Shown here piece by piece: positions 27,470 through 39,156 of a stretch of 64,000 nucleotides of DNA. This DNA comes from a bacterium (GTDB taxonomy: Bacteria; Zhuqueibacterota; Zhuqueibacteria; Residuimicrobiales; Krinioviventaceae). The stretch covers positions 1-64,000 of the forward strand of contig CAXXFV010000027.1 in assembly GCA_963674595.2 (NCBI GenBank), given 5' to 3'. The translations under genes were made by a program, and so were the position numbers. The stretch's first letter is position 1. Each line of letters opens with the position of its first letter. A model generated the notes under the pieces. The model was given only the letters and a program-made list of their open reading frames with translations. It was not told the DNA's origin and ran no database searches.

Positions 27470-28258
27470 TTGGATACTAATAAAACATTTTTAAAAAGAC
27501 AACTTGCCCGGTTTGGTATTTTTCTCACACATCTGCATGGTTTAGCAGAAATGTTTGGGCGTTCTGTTATATATTCTTTTACCAGACCTCTCTATCTTCA
27601 AGATACGATTAATCACATGCATAATATCGGGGTCAAGTCGCTTGTTATTATCGTTATGACATCCGGATTCACAGGACTTGTTTTGGCTTTACAATCCGGT
27701 TACGAACTGGCGATTTATGGCGCAAAAATGTATGTCGGAACATTATTAAGTGTTTCGCTTGTACGTGAATTGGGACCGGTTTTAATGGCGCTTGTCATTG
27801 CCGGACGAGTTGGCGCCGGTATAAGTGCCGAATTAGGATCAATGGCTGTTACGGAACAGATTGATGCCATGCGTGCCCTTGGGACCAATCCTGTGAAAAA
27901 ACTGGCCTCAACACGGTTTGTTGCGATAACCGTTATGCTGCCGGTATTGACTGTTATTGGTGATTTAATGGGTATTCTTGGCGGGCTGGTGATTGCCGTA
28001 ACAAACCTTGGAATCAGTCCATCTTTTTACTGGACGACTGTTATTCGGGCGCTTACTTTTAACGACATTTTTACCGGCCTTTTAAAACCGGTTGTTTTTG
28101 CCATGACCATAGGCACTGTAAGTTGTTATATGGGCTTTACGGCAACAGGCGGCACAAAAGGTGTTGGGGAAGCGACAACAAAGTCGGTTGTTGTTTCTTC
28201 TATTCTTATATTTATTCTGGACTTTTTTATTACAAAAATAATTTTGTCTCTTTTATGA
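27470..28258 (+). CDS. mlaE: MlaE-family ABC permease
   Basis: RELGPVL, AGRVGAGISAELGSM, TEQIDAMRALG, GVGEATT. Confidence 0.9.
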   Translation: MDTNKTFLKRQLARFGIFLTHLHGLAEMFGRSVIYSFTRPLYLQDTINHMHNIGVKSLVIIVMTSGFTGLVLALQSGYELAIYGAKMYVGTLLSVSLVRELGPVLMALVIAGRVGAGISAELGSMAVTEQIDAMRALGTNPVKKLASTRFVAITVMLPVLTVIGDLMGILGGLVIAVTNLGISPSFYWTTVIRALTFNDIFTGLLKPVVFAMTIGTVSCYMGFTATGGTKGVGEATTKSVVVSSILIFILDFFITKIILSLL

Positions 28259-29004
28259 TAGAAAATAACTCAAAATATCTGATCCGATTTGAATCGGTAT
28301 TTAAATCCTTTGAAAATAAAAATGTGTTAAAAGGATTTGATCTGGGCATTAAAAAGGGTGAAACTCTAGTTGTTTTAGGCCGTAGTGGATGTGGCAAAAG
28401 TGTTATGTTAAAATTGCTGTTAGCTTTAATGCCGCCGGATAGCGGTGAAATTTGGGTTAATGACCAGGAAATAACTAATTTGTCTGAAAATTCACTTGTA
28501 CCGATTCGCCAAAAAATGGGTATGTTGTTTCAGGGCGCAGCATTATTTGACTCATTAACTGTTGGTGAAAATGTTGCCTTTGCTTTAAATGAACATTCCA
28601 GGCACTCCAGGGACGAAATTTATAAAGCAGTGCAAAAAAATCTGGAATTTGTAGATTTAAAAAACACTGAAAATCTTATGCCTTCCGAACTATCCGGGGG
28701 CATGAGAAAACGAGTTGCATTGGCACGGGCTATGGTTTATCAACCACAAATTATGCTTTATGATGAACCGACGACAGGGCTCGATCCTATCACCGCAACC
28801 ACAATAAACGCATTGATTCGTAAAACCCAAAAAGAGCTGGGCGCCACTTCAATTGTTGTTACCCATGAATTGGAGAGTGGTTTTAGTGTGGCTGACAGAA
28901 TTGCTGTTATAAATAATGGAAAAATTATTGAAATAGGCACAAAAGAAGAAATTAAAAAAAGTTCAAATGAATTTGTTCAAACATTTATTGCGGGGCCAAA
29001 ATGA
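28255..29004 (+). CDS. mlaF: MlaF-family ABC ATPase
   Basis: GRSGCGKS, LSGGMRKRVALARA, YDEPTTGLDP; ATG 28255 overlaps the mlaE stop (ATGA). Confidence 0.9.
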   Translation: MIENNSKYLIRFESVFKSFENKNVLKGFDLGIKKGETLVVLGRSGCGKSVMLKLLLALMPPDSGEIWVNDQEITNLSENSLVPIRQKMGMLFQGAALFDSLTVGENVAFALNEHSRHSRDEIYKAVQKNLEFVDLKNTENLMPSELSGGMRKRVALARAMVYQPQIMLYDEPTTGLDPITATTINALIRKTQKELGATSIVVTHELESGFSVADRIAVINNGKIIEIGTKEEIKKSSNEFVQTFIAGPK

Positions 29005-29969
29005 GAACTCGACAATCAGAAGAAAAACGCCATGAAATCAAAGTTGGAGCTCTGATATTAATAGGCCTGGCTGTTACTATATTTGCCATTCTCTCTGTTA
29101 CGCAGCAACGAGGGCTTTTTCAGGACAGATACCAATTAAAAATTCACATGTCACGAGTGAATGGCTTGCAAACAGGAGCCCCGGTCCGATTAGCCGGAGT
29201 GCGGGTGGGTAGTGTGGTTAAAGTAGAGTTTACCAAAAACACCCTCGATCCTATTATTGAAGTTGTTATCGAAGTTGAAAAAAAAGTGCAGCAAAGAATT
29301 CGTAAGGATTCGGAAGCGCATATCGGCACCCTGGGATTGCTGGGAGATAAGTTTATCGGCATTACCATGGGTTCTTATACAGAGCCGGTTTTGCAGCATG
29401 GAGACCTTTTAAAAAGTTCCGACCCCATTGATGTGGAAAAACTTATTGATGAGGGGGTAGGTGTTGTTATGTCTTTGAAAAAAGCCACAGTTGTTCTTAA
29501 TGAAATTGCGGACAAGATCAATACCGGTAAAGGAACATTGGGACTGTTGGTAAACGATCCGAGAATGTATCTTGATATTGAAAAACTTTTATTAATAACA
29601 CAGAAATTGACGGATCAGATTGAAAGCGGTGAAGGGACCCTTTCAAGGCTATTTAAAGACCCGAATTTATATGATGAACTGGTTAATGTGTTAGCCTCAT
29701 CGGATACATTGGTTAAAAATATCAGTAACGGAGATGGTTCTCTGAGTAAAATAGTAAATGATCCGAAATTTTATAATGAGCTGACTCAATCAATAGAAAA
29801 ATTTAATCTGATAATGCAAAACCTGGAAAAGGGAGAAGGAACGGTTGGTCAGGCTTTACAGGATAAACAACTTTATGAAGAGCTTTTACGAATTACGACT
29901 GAAATGGACAGTCTTATTAAGGATGTACGCAGAAATCCGCAGCGTTATTTAAAAGTAGAAATTTTTTAA
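29001..29969 (+). CDS. mlaD: MlaD/MCE-domain protein with helical extension
   Basis: N-terminal TM, GLQTGAPVRLAGVRVG, GLLGDKFI, repeated G(K/E)GTL motifs. Confidence 0.88.
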   Translation: MRTRQSEEKRHEIKVGALILIGLAVTIFAILSVTQQRGLFQDRYQLKIHMSRVNGLQTGAPVRLAGVRVGSVVKVEFTKNTLDPIIEVVIEVEKKVQQRIRKDSEAHIGTLGLLGDKFIGITMGSYTEPVLQHGDLLKSSDPIDVEKLIDEGVGVVMSLKKATVVLNEIADKINTGKGTLGLLVNDPRMYLDIEKLLLITQKLTDQIESGEGTLSRLFKDPNLYDELVNVLASSDTLVKNISNGDGSLSKIVNDPKFYNELTQSIEKFNLIMQNLEKGEGTVGQALQDKQLYEELLRITTEMDSLIKDVRRNPQRYLKVEIF

Positions 29970-30028
29970 AGAATAAAAAAAAATAAATATTTAATGAATT
30001 AAATTTTTAAAATATTGTATTATAAAAT

Positions 30029-30460
30029 ATGGAAGATAAAAAAGAAAATTTAGACCAAGAAAATAGCCAACGACTTGACAAGTGGTTGAATTACTCTTGT
30101 TTATTTAAAACACGTGCCCAGGCAACACGCGCCTGTGATGAAAGAAAAATTAAAGTCAACGAACAGGTAGCAAAACCATCCCGTATGATAAAACCGGGTG
30201 ATGAAATTACCATAAAACAAAAAGCCGGAAATTATATAAAACTCGAAATATTAAAAGTTTCCCATAAAAATATTCCTTTAAAAGATGCCAGAGAGCTTTA
30301 TAAAAAGCATGAAATAGAGATATCGGAAGAATCCAGAGAATTACTGGAAATGTATAAAGAATCAGAAAAATCTATGAAAGTGAAATATAAAGGTCGCCCA
30401 ACTAAAAAAGAAAGAAGAAAAATGGAAAAGCTGAAAGGAAATTATTATCCCTGGAGCTGA
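30029..30460 (+). CDS. hslR: S4-domain RNA-binding protein (Hsp15)
   Basis: RLDKWL...FKTRAQA, AKPS, GRPTKKERR. Confidence 0.85.
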   Translation: MEDKKENLDQENSQRLDKWLNYSCLFKTRAQATRACDERKIKVNEQVAKPSRMIKPGDEITIKQKAGNYIKLEILKVSHKNIPLKDARELYKKHEIEISEESRELLEMYKESEKSMKVKYKGRPTKKERRKMEKLKGNYYPWS

Positions 30461-30517
30461 TATTTTTTATTACCTATAATAAACCATATATAACTAAAAA
30501 CCAATTACAAAACCAAC

Positions 30518-31789
30518 ATGGAGCGTTTTATGGAGAAAAATGGAGTTTTCTCGATGGCTCTCGAGCAGCTCGAAAATGCTGCCCGACGACTAAAACTCGA
30601 TGCAAGTACGTTAAGAGTTCTTAGTCATCCTGAAAGAGAACTGACAGTAGCTCTGCCAGTTGTTATGGATGATGGACGTATTGAAGTGTTCACAGGACAT
30701 CGTGTTCAACATTCAAATGCGCGCGGACCCTGTAAAGGCGGTATCCGATATCACCAAAGTGTAACCCTTGATGAAGTAAAAGCCCTTTCCATGTGGATGA
30801 CCTGGAAATGTGCGGTCGTTAATATTCCCTATGGCGGCGCAAAAGGTGGTATTCAGGTCGATGTAACAAATCTGAGCCGGGAAGAAATTCGCCGGCTTAC
30901 AAGACGATTTACTGTTGCTATTATGCCGATTATTGGTCCCCATAGCGATATACCTGCGCCCGATGTTAATACAAACGCGGAAACTATGGGCTGGATCATG
31001 GATACCGTAAGCATGTTCCAGGGATCTACAGTTTTAGATATTGTTACCGGAAAATCTGTAGAGTTGGGCGGATCATTGGGCCGACGTGAAGCAACAGGTC
31101 GTGGTGTTATGTTTAACACGCTTGAATTGTTGAAAAGATGGGACCAAAAACCTTCGCAGACTACTGTGGCTGTTCAGGGATTTGGTAATGTGGGTTCAGT
31201 AAGTGCTGATCTTTTAAGTAAAGAAGGATGCCGTATTGTTGCTGTTTCCGATGTTAGCGGTGCCTATTACAAAGAAGATGGTTTGCCCATTGACGAAATG
31301 ATAAAACATTGTTCAACTTCTAAAAACGGTTTGCTTGCCGGGTTTGATGGCGCAGGTATCAGCAAAATATCGAACGAAGAGCTTTTAGAGCTAAATGTTG
31401 ATGTCCTTGTGCCCGCAGCACTCGAAAAACAAATAACAAAAGAAAATGCCGACAAAATAAAAGCCAAAGCCATTGTTGAAGGCGCCAACGGTCCTACAAC
31501 TCCCATTGCAGAAAAAATTCTGCTGCAAAACAATAAAATAGTTATACCTGATATTTTGGCCAACAGTGGCGGTGTTGTTGTCTCTTATTTTGAATGGGTC
31601 CAAAGTATTCAATCCTTTTTCTGGGATGAGGATGAAGTCAATCGCAATTTAAAGCGAGTTATGGTTAATAGTTTTGCCTCTGTTTGGGACATTGCTCAAA
31701 AAGAGAAAACCGATATGAGAAATGCTGCCATGATGATTGCTGTTGATCGTGTTGCAAAAGCACTCGTTCAACGTGGTATTTTCCCTTAA
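30518..31789 (+). CDS. gdhA: Glu/Leu/Phe/Val dehydrogenase (probably glutamate dehydrogenase)
   Basis: KGGIRYH, MTWKC, GGAKGG, PAPDVNT, GFGNVG, GGVVVSYFEW. Confidence 0.9.
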   Translation: MERFMEKNGVFSMALEQLENAARRLKLDASTLRVLSHPERELTVALPVVMDDGRIEVFTGHRVQHSNARGPCKGGIRYHQSVTLDEVKALSMWMTWKCAVVNIPYGGAKGGIQVDVTNLSREEIRRLTRRFTVAIMPIIGPHSDIPAPDVNTNAETMGWIMDTVSMFQGSTVLDIVTGKSVELGGSLGRREATGRGVMFNTLELLKRWDQKPSQTTVAVQGFGNVGSVSADLLSKEGCRIVAVSDVSGAYYKEDGLPIDEMIKHCSTSKNGLLAGFDGAGISKISNEELLELNVDVLVPAALEKQITKENADKIKAKAIVEGANGPTTPIAEKILLQNNKIVIPDILANSGGVVVSYFEWVQSIQSFFWDEDEVNRNLKRVMVNSFASVWDIAQKEKTDMRNAAMMIAVDRVAKALVQRGIFP

Positions 31790-31795
31790 TATTAC

Positions 31796-31833
31796 AAACC
31801 AGCTCCCGATTATTACGGGAGCTGGTTTTATTT
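31796..31833 (+). terminator. Rho-independent terminator after gdhA
   Basis: AAACCAGCTCCCG-N7-CGGGAGCTGGTTT perfect stem plus T-rich tail. Confidence 0.85.
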
Positions 31834-31891
31834 AAATTTAAAAAAATAAACTGATGCATATATAAAAAATGAAAAGGAATGGAAAGATTTT

Positions 31892-33232
31892 ATGTCAGAT
31901 AATATTATAACAGGCACGAGGGAATATTTTCCTGAAATTAAAAAAATTAAATACGAAGGCCCCGAATCGACTAATCCACTGGCTTTTAAATTTTATGATG
32001 AAAATTTAATAATAGACGGAAAATCTCTCAAAGAACATTTACGATTTTCAATTGCATACTGGCATACATTTTGTGGAACGGGTGATGATCCCTTCGGCCC
32101 TGGGACTCAAAAGTTACCATGGCTTGATGGTGATGATCCCATGACCATTGCCTTTCAAAAACTGGATGCAGCCTTTGAGTTTTTCACAAAATTAGGCGCA
32201 CCTTTTTATTGTTTTCATGATCGTGATATGGCCCCTGAAGGATCAACCGTCAAGCAGTCCCGTGACAATTTATTAAAATTGGTTGAAAAAGCTGCTGAAA
32301 AACAAAAACTTTCTGGTGTAAAACTTTTATGGGGTACGGCAAACGTGTTCTCCCATCCAAGATACATGAACGGAGCCGCGACTAATCCGGATTTTTCTGT
32401 TTTAACTCATGCTGCTGCTCAGGTAAAAACAGCTTTGGATGCAACGGTGGCACTTGGCGGAGAAAATTATGTTTTTTGGGGCGGACGTGAAGGTTATTTT
32501 TCGTTGTTAAATACGGATATGAAAAGAGAGTTGGAACACCTTGCCATGTTTCTGAAAAAATCCAGGGACTATGGCAGAAAAATTGGATTCAAGGGTACAT
32601 TTTTAATCGAACCAAAACCGATGGAACCGACTAAACACCAGTATGATTTTGATTCTGCTACTGTTATCGGATTTTTACAAAAATATGGACTGGATAAAGA
32701 CTTTAAAATTAATATTGAAAACAATCACGCGACACTGGCCAGACACACCTTTGCACATGAAATGCAGGTTGCATCCGATGCCGGATTTTTAGGCAGTCTG
32801 GATGTCAACCAGGGTGATCCGCATAACGGCTGGGATACCGATGAATTTTTATATAATATTTATGACGCTGTTGAAGCAATGATGGTGCTCATTAAAAACG
32901 GTGGAATCGGCAGCGGCGGGCTTAATTTTGACGCCAAAACCAGACGCAGTTCAACCGACCTTGAGGATATTTTTATTGCACATATCCATTCTATGGATAC
33001 TCTTGCCAGTGGTTTTTTGATAGCACATAAAATTTTGAATGATTCTGAATTACCGGCAATGAAAAAAGACAGATATAAATCCTATGATTCCGGATTAGGA
33101 AAACAGTTTGAAAACAGTGAACTGGACCTTGAAACGCTTGCTGATCTGGCTGACAAAAACGGTGAACCGGAGCAAAAAAGCGGAAAACAGGAATTGTATG
33201 AAAGCATTTTAAATCGCTATATTCTCGGTTAA
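31892..33232 (+). CDS. xylA: Xylose isomerase (class II)
   Basis: AYWHTF, FHDRD, WGGREGY, IEPKPMEPTKHQYD, GWDTDEF. Confidence 0.95.
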   Translation: MSDNIITGTREYFPEIKKIKYEGPESTNPLAFKFYDENLIIDGKSLKEHLRFSIAYWHTFCGTGDDPFGPGTQKLPWLDGDDPMTIAFQKLDAAFEFFTKLGAPFYCFHDRDMAPEGSTVKQSRDNLLKLVEKAAEKQKLSGVKLLWGTANVFSHPRYMNGAATNPDFSVLTHAAAQVKTALDATVALGGENYVFWGGREGYFSLLNTDMKRELEHLAMFLKKSRDYGRKIGFKGTFLIEPKPMEPTKHQYDFDSATVIGFLQKYGLDKDFKINIENNHATLARHTFAHEMQVASDAGFLGSLDVNQGDPHNGWDTDEFLYNIYDAVEAMMVLIKNGGIGSGGLNFDAKTRRSSTDLEDIFIAHIHSMDTLASGFLIAHKILNDSELPAMKKDRYKSYDSGLGKQFENSELDLETLADLADKNGEPEQKSGKQELYESILNRYILG

Positions 33233-33277
33233 GCCTTTTAATTCAACATTTATTATATACATCTATTTAATAATTGA

Positions 33278-33321
33278 GCAGCGCTTAAGATACTTGTAAA
33301 ATTGGTGTTTTAAAGCGCTGC
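33278..33321. terminator. Stem-loop after xylA (possible terminator or RNA structure)
   Basis: GCAGCGCTT ... AAGCGCTGC stem, extendable with G-U pairs (AAGATAC/GTGTTTT); no clean U tract. Confidence 0.4.
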
Positions 33322-33501
33322 AAATACACTTGAAAAGTAAAAGTTTTTTATTTCCTCATAGAATATTTCCTATGCTATTTGTATATTAAAAGCATAGGAT
33401 AAATCAAATTAATTAAAATTTTGGGAATAATTCCTGATAAAATTTCGTATCTTGCTTAAAACAAACCACAAAGATTAAAAGATTATTCATCATAAAAATA
33501 A

Positions 33502-33531
33502 TTGACAGTATTTTTAATTTCGTTCTAAACT
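33502..33531 (+). promoter_or_regulatory. Candidate sigma70 promoter for the act operon
   Basis: TTGACA-N18-TAAACT, ~30 bp before the actA start. Confidence 0.4.
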
Positions 33532-33559
33532 GCCTGTTTAAAATAAAGGAAAAAATCTA

Positions 33560-34207
33560 TTGGCTCAATTATTTCCCCGCTGGACGAATAAAGCACCACT
33601 TTATGTTTTAATTGCCGTTACCTGTCTTATATTTTTGACTATTTTTGTTATCTGGTATTATGGCTCGCCCAAATATACGGACGCAGGCTATCAACCTCAA
33701 CAACCCATTCCATACAGTCATAAGCTTCATGTTGGGGACCTTGGGATGGATTGCCGGTATTGCCATTCTCAAATCGAATTTACAGCTATGGCCAACATAC
33801 CATCCACACAAACCTGCATGAATTGCCACAGTATTATTTTTAAAGACAGTGATAAATTGATGCCATTGAAGGAAAGCCGGCTGACCAACAAACCCATACA
33901 ATGGATCAAAATTCACAAGCTGCCGGATTATGCTTATTTTGATCACAGCGCCCATCTTTCTGCCGGAATCGGATGTTCATCATGTCATGGTCAGATTGAT
34001 AAAATGGAAGTTGTCCATCAGGTCCAACCATTGAGTATGAGTTGGTGTCTGGAGTGTCATAGAAAACCCGAAAAACATATTCGCCCCGTATCTGAAATAA
34101 CAAATATGAATTGGAAACCTTTGGAAAATCAAAAAGAATTCGCACTTGACGTAATAGATGAAAAAAAATTGAATCCGCCGGTTGAATGTTCAGGATGTCA
34201 TCGATGA
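33560..34207 (+). CDS. actA: Alternative complex III pentaheme cytochrome c, ActA
   Basis: N-terminal TM; five CxxCH motifs (CRYCH, CMNCH, CSSCH, CLECH, CSGCH); QPIPYSHKLH. Confidence 0.92.
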   Translation: MAQLFPRWTNKAPLYVLIAVTCLIFLTIFVIWYYGSPKYTDAGYQPQQPIPYSHKLHVGDLGMDCRYCHSQIEFTAMANIPSTQTCMNCHSIIFKDSDKLMPLKESRLTNKPIQWIKIHKLPDYAYFDHSAHLSAGIGCSSCHGQIDKMEVVHQVQPLSMSWCLECHRKPEKHIRPVSEITNMNWKPLENQKEFALDVIDEKKLNPPVECSGCHR

Positions 34208-37173
34208 AAAATTTAAAACAAAAACGTTTATGGCACAGTTTGGATCAGTTAAAACAAACCCAAAAATTTAAAGAGTTTGTTGAAAACGAGTTTCCGCCTT
34301 TGCCCGACAACAGTCATCTCGTTTCACGACGCAAGTTTATTTCATTAATGGGAGCATCTTTTGCTCTGGCAGGGCTGGTGTCATGCAGAAGACCTATTGA
34401 AAAAATAATACCCTATGTAAAACCACCGGAAAATTCTATTCTTGGACAGCCCAATTATTTTGCTACAACCATGCCCTTTGCTAATACGGCCCAGGGATTG
34501 TTGATTAAAACTAATGAAGGACGACCGACAAAAGTTGAAGGAAATGATCTGCACCCGGCCAATTTGGGCGCGACCAATATTTTTTCTCAAGCCTCTGTTT
34601 TAAATTTATACGATCCGGACCGTGCTAAATCTGTTACGTTGGAAGGAAAAAAGAAAAGCCGGCAGGATTTTGTTGATGATTGGCAGAACCAGTATAAATT
34701 ATTAGGTGATAAAAAGGGGAGAGGTGTCGCTGTTTTATCGACTGCTTTTTCATCGCCCACATTAGCACGTCTGGCAGATAAGTTTAAAAATACGTTTCCC
34801 CAGGCGGAATGGTATGTTTATGAACCAATCAATAATGAAAATGTATTTCAAGGTATAAAAACAGCAACAGGTGAACAATTTTTCCCTGTTTATCATTTTG
34901 ATAAAGCAAAAGTAATTTTGTCCCTGGACTTTGATTTTTTATATTCTGATCCGGACAGCGTTTTTTACACACAACAATTTTCTTCAGGACGTGAAGCCGG
35001 GCACTCTTTAGAGGACATGAACCGACTTTATTGTGTTGAAAGTGTTTTTTCAGTAACCGGCGCCAATGCAGACCACAGACTGTGTTTAACTTCGCAATAT
35101 ATGTTGCCTTTTCTCCAGAGTTTAATAACTGAGTTAAATGCTCTTGGATTAAAAATTAATATTGATGATGCTGAAATTGGCAGTGATATTGAGCTAAATA
35201 AAGAGTGGATCAAAGCCGTTGCCCGTGATTTATACCTCAACAAAGGCACGTCTCTTATTGTTGCCGGGCCCAATCAACCTTCTGTTGTACATGCTTTAGT
35301 CCTGTTGATTAACAAACATCTATCAAATATAAATAATACGGTAAAATATCGTCAACCTGTTGACAGTTATAGATCAGACACTTCCGGTCTTTATCGACTG
35401 CAAAATCAAATTCAAAACAATGAAATTGATACGCTAATTATTTTAGGTGGTAACCCTGTTTATAACACTCCGGGAGATATTGACTTTGCTTCTTTGTTTA
35501 AAAATGTGGATTATACGGTTCATTTGAGCGAATCGTTTAACGAAACATCTGAAAGAGTCAAGTGGCATATTCCTGAAACCCATTACATGGAGTCCTGGGG
35601 CGATGCATATTCATTGCAGGGAATTGCCGGTATCATTCAGCCATTAATTCAACCCTTGTTTGATGCTCACAGTAATGTTGAATTGTTAAATCTTTTGTCA
35701 AGCGGCGAGGATGTGAAAGGTTATGACCTTGTTCGTGATACCTGGGTGAAAATATTACCCAAAGGAAATTTTGAGTACCAATGGCAAAAATTATTACATG
35801 ATGGATATTATTCAAATACTGTAGATTATAAAACAGATTTTAAAATAAATGAAAAAAATATTTCTAAAAATGTAGTCAAGACTCTGCAAAGCATTAAACC
35901 TGTTTCCAAAGAAAATCCGGAATTGATATGCCTTGCTTCGGGAAATGTATATGACGGACGTTTCAGCAATAACGGTTGGCTGCAGGAACTGCCTGATCCG
36001 ATTTCCAAGCTGTCCTGGGACAATGCCTTGTACATGAACCAAAAAACAGCAGATGCTTTGAGCGTTAAAAACGAAGATCTGGTAAAAATACAACTTGATG
36101 ACAAAACGGTTACAGCCCCGGTTTGGATTGTTCCGGGCTATGCTGATTTTACCCTGGCAATTGCTCATGGTTACGGAAGAACAAAATGCGGTGATGTGGG
36201 CAATAATGTCGGCACCAATATATATCCGCTTCAAAGGCAGAATGCCATGAATGTGATCAGAGGTATTCGTATTGAAAAGACCGGAAAAAAATATTCGTTA
36301 GCTTCTACCCAGGACCACGGTAGTATGGAAGGCCGGCCTCTGGCTTTGGAAGCTTCTTTACAGGAATTTTTAAAACACCCGGAATTTGTTCATGAACACA
36401 GTGAACATCCGCCTCTTAAAAACCTTGGATTTGAGCACAAGTATGATAAAGGTTATCAATGGGGAATGACGATCGATCTAAACCGGTGTATAGGCTGTAA
36501 TGCCTGTACCATTGCCTGTCAGAGCGAGAACAATATCCCTATTGTGGGTAAAAAACAGGTAAAAAACGGCCGGGAAATGCACTGGATAAGACTGGACCGG
36601 TATTTCACCGGAGAACCGGATAATCCGGGTATCATCCATCAGCCGGTTGCCTGTCACCATTGCGAAAATGCGCCCTGTGAGCAGGTTTGTCCGGTTGCTG
36701 CAACGATCCACGACAAAGAGGGTTTGAATTTGATGACCTATAACCGCTGTGTCGGCACACGATATTGCTCCAACAATTGTCCTTATAAAGTAAGGCGATT
36801 CAACTTTTTCAACTATACGTCAGACATGCCGGAAATTTTCAAAATGACACAAAACCCGGATGTAACAGTTCGGTCCCGTGGTGTTATGGAAAAATGTACT
36901 TATTGTGTTCAGCGCATCAACGAAGCCAAGTTGAAAGCGAAAAAACAGGGCACAACAGTAAAAGACGGTGAATTAAAAACAGCTTGTCAACAAGCATGTC
37001 CGGCGCAGGCCATTCAATTTGGAAATATTTTGGAAGAAAACAGCACTGTTGTCAACTTGAAGCAAAATCATCGTGCTTATGAAATGCTGGCCGAACTGAA
37101 TATTCGACCAAGGACTTCTTATCTGGCAAGAATTAAAAATATAAACCCTGAAATAGAAAAGCTGGAAATTTGA
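34204..37173 (+). CDS. actB: Alternative complex III ActB (Tat lipoprotein; molybdopterin-oxidoreductase-like + FeS domain)
   Basis: [21 protein letters not shown]; GRPTKVEGN; [43 protein letters not shown]. Confidence 0.92.
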   Translation: MKNLKQKRLWHSLDQLKQTQKFKEFVENEFPPLPDNSHLVSRRKFISLMGASFALAGLVSCRRPIEKIIPYVKPPENSILGQPNYFATTMPFANTAQGLLIKTNEGRPTKVEGNDLHPANLGATNIFSQASVLNLYDPDRAKSVTLEGKKKSRQDFVDDWQNQYKLLGDKKGRGVAVLSTAFSSPTLARLADKFKNTFPQAEWYVYEPINNENVFQGIKTATGEQFFPVYHFDKAKVILSLDFDFLYSDPDSVFYTQQFSSGREAGHSLEDMNRLYCVESVFSVTGANADHRLCLTSQYMLPFLQSLITELNALGLKINIDDAEIGSDIELNKEWIKAVARDLYLNKGTSLIVAGPNQPSVVHALVLLINKHLSNINNTVKYRQPVDSYRSDTSGLYRLQNQIQNNEIDTLIILGGNPVYNTPGDIDFASLFKNVDYTVHLSESFNETSERVKWHIPETHYMESWGDAYSLQGIAGIIQPLIQPLFDAHSNVELLNLLSSGEDVKGYDLVRDTWVKILPKGNFEYQWQKLLHDGYYSNTVDYKTDFKINEKNISKNVVKTLQSIKPVSKENPELICLASGNVYDGRFSNNGWLQELPDPISKLSWDNALYMNQKTADALSVKNEDLVKIQLDDKTVTAPVWIVPGYADFTLAIAHGYGRTKCGDVGNNVGTNIYPLQRQNAMNVIRGIRIEKTGKKYSLASTQDHGSMEGRPLALEASLQEFLKHPEFVHEHSEHPPLKNLGFEHKYDKGYQWGMTIDLNRCIGCNACTIACQSENNIPIVGKKQVKNGREMHWIRLDRYFTGEPDNPGIIHQPVACHHCENAPCEQVCPVAATIHDKEGLNLMTYNRCVGTRYCSNNCPYKVRRFNFFNYTSDMPEIFKMTQNPDVTVRSRGVMEKCTYCVQRINEAKLKAKKQGTTVKDGELKTACQQACPAQAIQFGNILEENSTVVNLKQNHRAYEMLAELNIRPRTSYLARIKNINPEIEKLEI

Positions 37174-37174
37174 T

Positions 37175-38584
37175 ATGGGTGAAACAGTGAATTCTTATAA
37201 AAATCATCATATAGATGTCGATTCGGACCAGGCATTAATACTGGGTAATCCGACGTTCCATTCCATCACTCAGGATGTTTCCGGAATTGTAGAAAAAAGA
37301 ACACCGTTGCCGTGGTATTTTCTTGTTGCTTTGACCACATCACTGGCTTTGCTCATGTTTGGAATGATCGGGTATCTGTTTTTTGAGGGTATCGGCATAT
37401 GGGGATTGAATAACCCTGTCGGCTGGGGATGGGCAATCATCAATTTTGTCTTTTGGGTTGGTATTGGTCATGCCGGAACATTGATCTCGGCGATTCTTTT
37501 TCTGTTGAGACAAAAGTGGCGGACATCAATAAACCGTTTTGCAGAAGGAATGACAATTTTTGCCGTCATTACGGCACTCATATTCCCGGGAATCCATGTT
37601 GGTCGGGTTTGGGTGGTTTACTGGCTTTTACCCTATCCAAATCAAATGTCCATGTGGCCCAACTTTCGCAGTCCATTGGTATGGGATATTTTTGCCGTAG
37701 GAACATATTTTCTGGTTTCCTTTACATTCTGGTATATGGGGCTCATTCCGGATTTTGCAACTTTGCGTGATCGCACCAAAAAGAAATTAAAAAAGATGGT
37801 CTATGGCTTTTTTGCAATGGGATGGAGAGGAGGCAACCGGCAATGGAAACATTATGAACTGGCTTATCTTTTGCTGGCCGGTCTTTCCACGCCGCTTGTT
37901 CTGTCCGTCCATAGTGTCGTAAGTACCGATTTTGCTACCAGTATACTACCAGGCTGGCACACCACTATATTTCCCCCTTATTTTGTTGCCGGCGCGGTTT
38001 TTTCCGGGTTTGCCATGGTGACAACATTGGCTATTATCGTCCGTAAAATTTTTAAAATTGAACACATTATTACCGTTAATCATCTGGAAAAGATGGCTAA
38101 AATCATGCTGGCAACCGGTATGATGGTTGGTTATTCATATTCCATAGAATTTTTTATGGCCTGGTACAGTGGAAATGGGTATGAAGCTTTTACATTTTTA
38201 AACCGGGCTTTTGGTCCCTATGCCTGGGCTTATTGGATTATGATTTCCTGCAACGTTCTTGTTCCGCAGTTTTTCTGGTTTAAAAAACTTCGTAATAGTA
38301 TTCCATTTTTATTTGTGGCAACAATTTTTATAAACATAGGAATGTGGTTCGAACGTTTTGTTATTGTGGTTTCATCGTTATCACGTGATTTTTTACCATC
38401 CAGTTGGGACTATTTTACTCCGACAATGTATGATATTGGCATTTTTGTCGGTTCTTTTGGATTGTTTTTAACACTGTTTTTATTATTTGTAAGATTTCTA
38501 CCCATAATTGCCATGTCGGAAGTGAAAGGCGTATTACCACAGGCACAAGTTGATCATCACAAAACTGATAGTAAAACATTATGA
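37175..38584 (+). CDS. actC: Alternative complex III ActC (NrfD/PsrC-type quinol-binding membrane subunit)
   Basis: [45 protein letters not shown]. Confidence 0.93.
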   Translation: MGETVNSYKNHHIDVDSDQALILGNPTFHSITQDVSGIVEKRTPLPWYFLVALTTSLALLMFGMIGYLFFEGIGIWGLNNPVGWGWAIINFVFWVGIGHAGTLISAILFLLRQKWRTSINRFAEGMTIFAVITALIFPGIHVGRVWVVYWLLPYPNQMSMWPNFRSPLVWDIFAVGTYFLVSFTFWYMGLIPDFATLRDRTKKKLKKMVYGFFAMGWRGGNRQWKHYELAYLLLAGLSTPLVLSVHSVVSTDFATSILPGWHTTIFPPYFVAGAVFSGFAMVTTLAIIVRKIFKIEHIITVNHLEKMAKIMLATGMMVGYSYSIEFFMAWYSGNGYEAFTFLNRAFGPYAWAYWIMISCNVLVPQFFWFKKLRNSIPFLFVATIFINIGMWFERFVIVVSSLSRDFLPSSWDYFTPTMYDIGIFVGSFGLFLTLFLLFVRFLPIIAMSEVKGVLPQAQVDHHKTDSKTL

Positions 38585-39156
38585 GTAAAGAAAATAAGAT
38601 ACTGGGCATATTAGCCGAATTTGATGGTCCGGACGCATTATTAAATGCTGCGGAAAATGTTAAAAAAGCCGGATATAAAAAATTTGACTGTCATTCTCCT
38701 TTTCCCATTCATGGAATGGATGAGGCTATGGGGCTAAAACGGTCACCATTGGGATGGATTGTTGGTATTTCCGCCTTGACCGGCGCGGCACTCGGTATGC
38801 TGTTGCAATGGTGGACAAGCAGTGTGGATTATCCTCTGGTTATATCTGGTAAATCCTTTTTTAGTTATCAGGCATTTGTGCCGGTAACCTTTGGTGTGGC
38901 TGTGCTTTTTGGAGCGTTGAGTGCCTTTTTGGGGATGCTTGTGCTGAATAAACTACCCAGACTGCATCATCCTGTTTTTTATTCCGACCGGTTTGAAAAA
39001 TTTTCAGATGATGCCTTTTTCCTGAGTATGGATGCGAATGATCCGAAATTTGATTCAGGAACAATTCACGATTTTCTTACAAACTTGAATTCTACAAATA
39101 TAACATTTATTGAACCCGATGATGCTAAAGTTGTTGCGGTTGAGGAGGAACAATAA
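38581..39156 (+). CDS. actD: Alternative complex III ActD (DUF3341)
   Basis: [21 protein letters not shown], two TM helices; operon position. Confidence 0.88.
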   Translation: MSKENKILGILAEFDGPDALLNAAENVKKAGYKKFDCHSPFPIHGMDEAMGLKRSPLGWIVGISALTGAALGMLLQWWTSSVDYPLVISGKSFFSYQAFVPVTFGVAVLFGALSAFLGMLVLNKLPRLHHPVFYSDRFEKFSDDAFFLSMDANDPKFDSGTIHDFLTNLNSTNITFIEPDDAKVVAVEEEQ

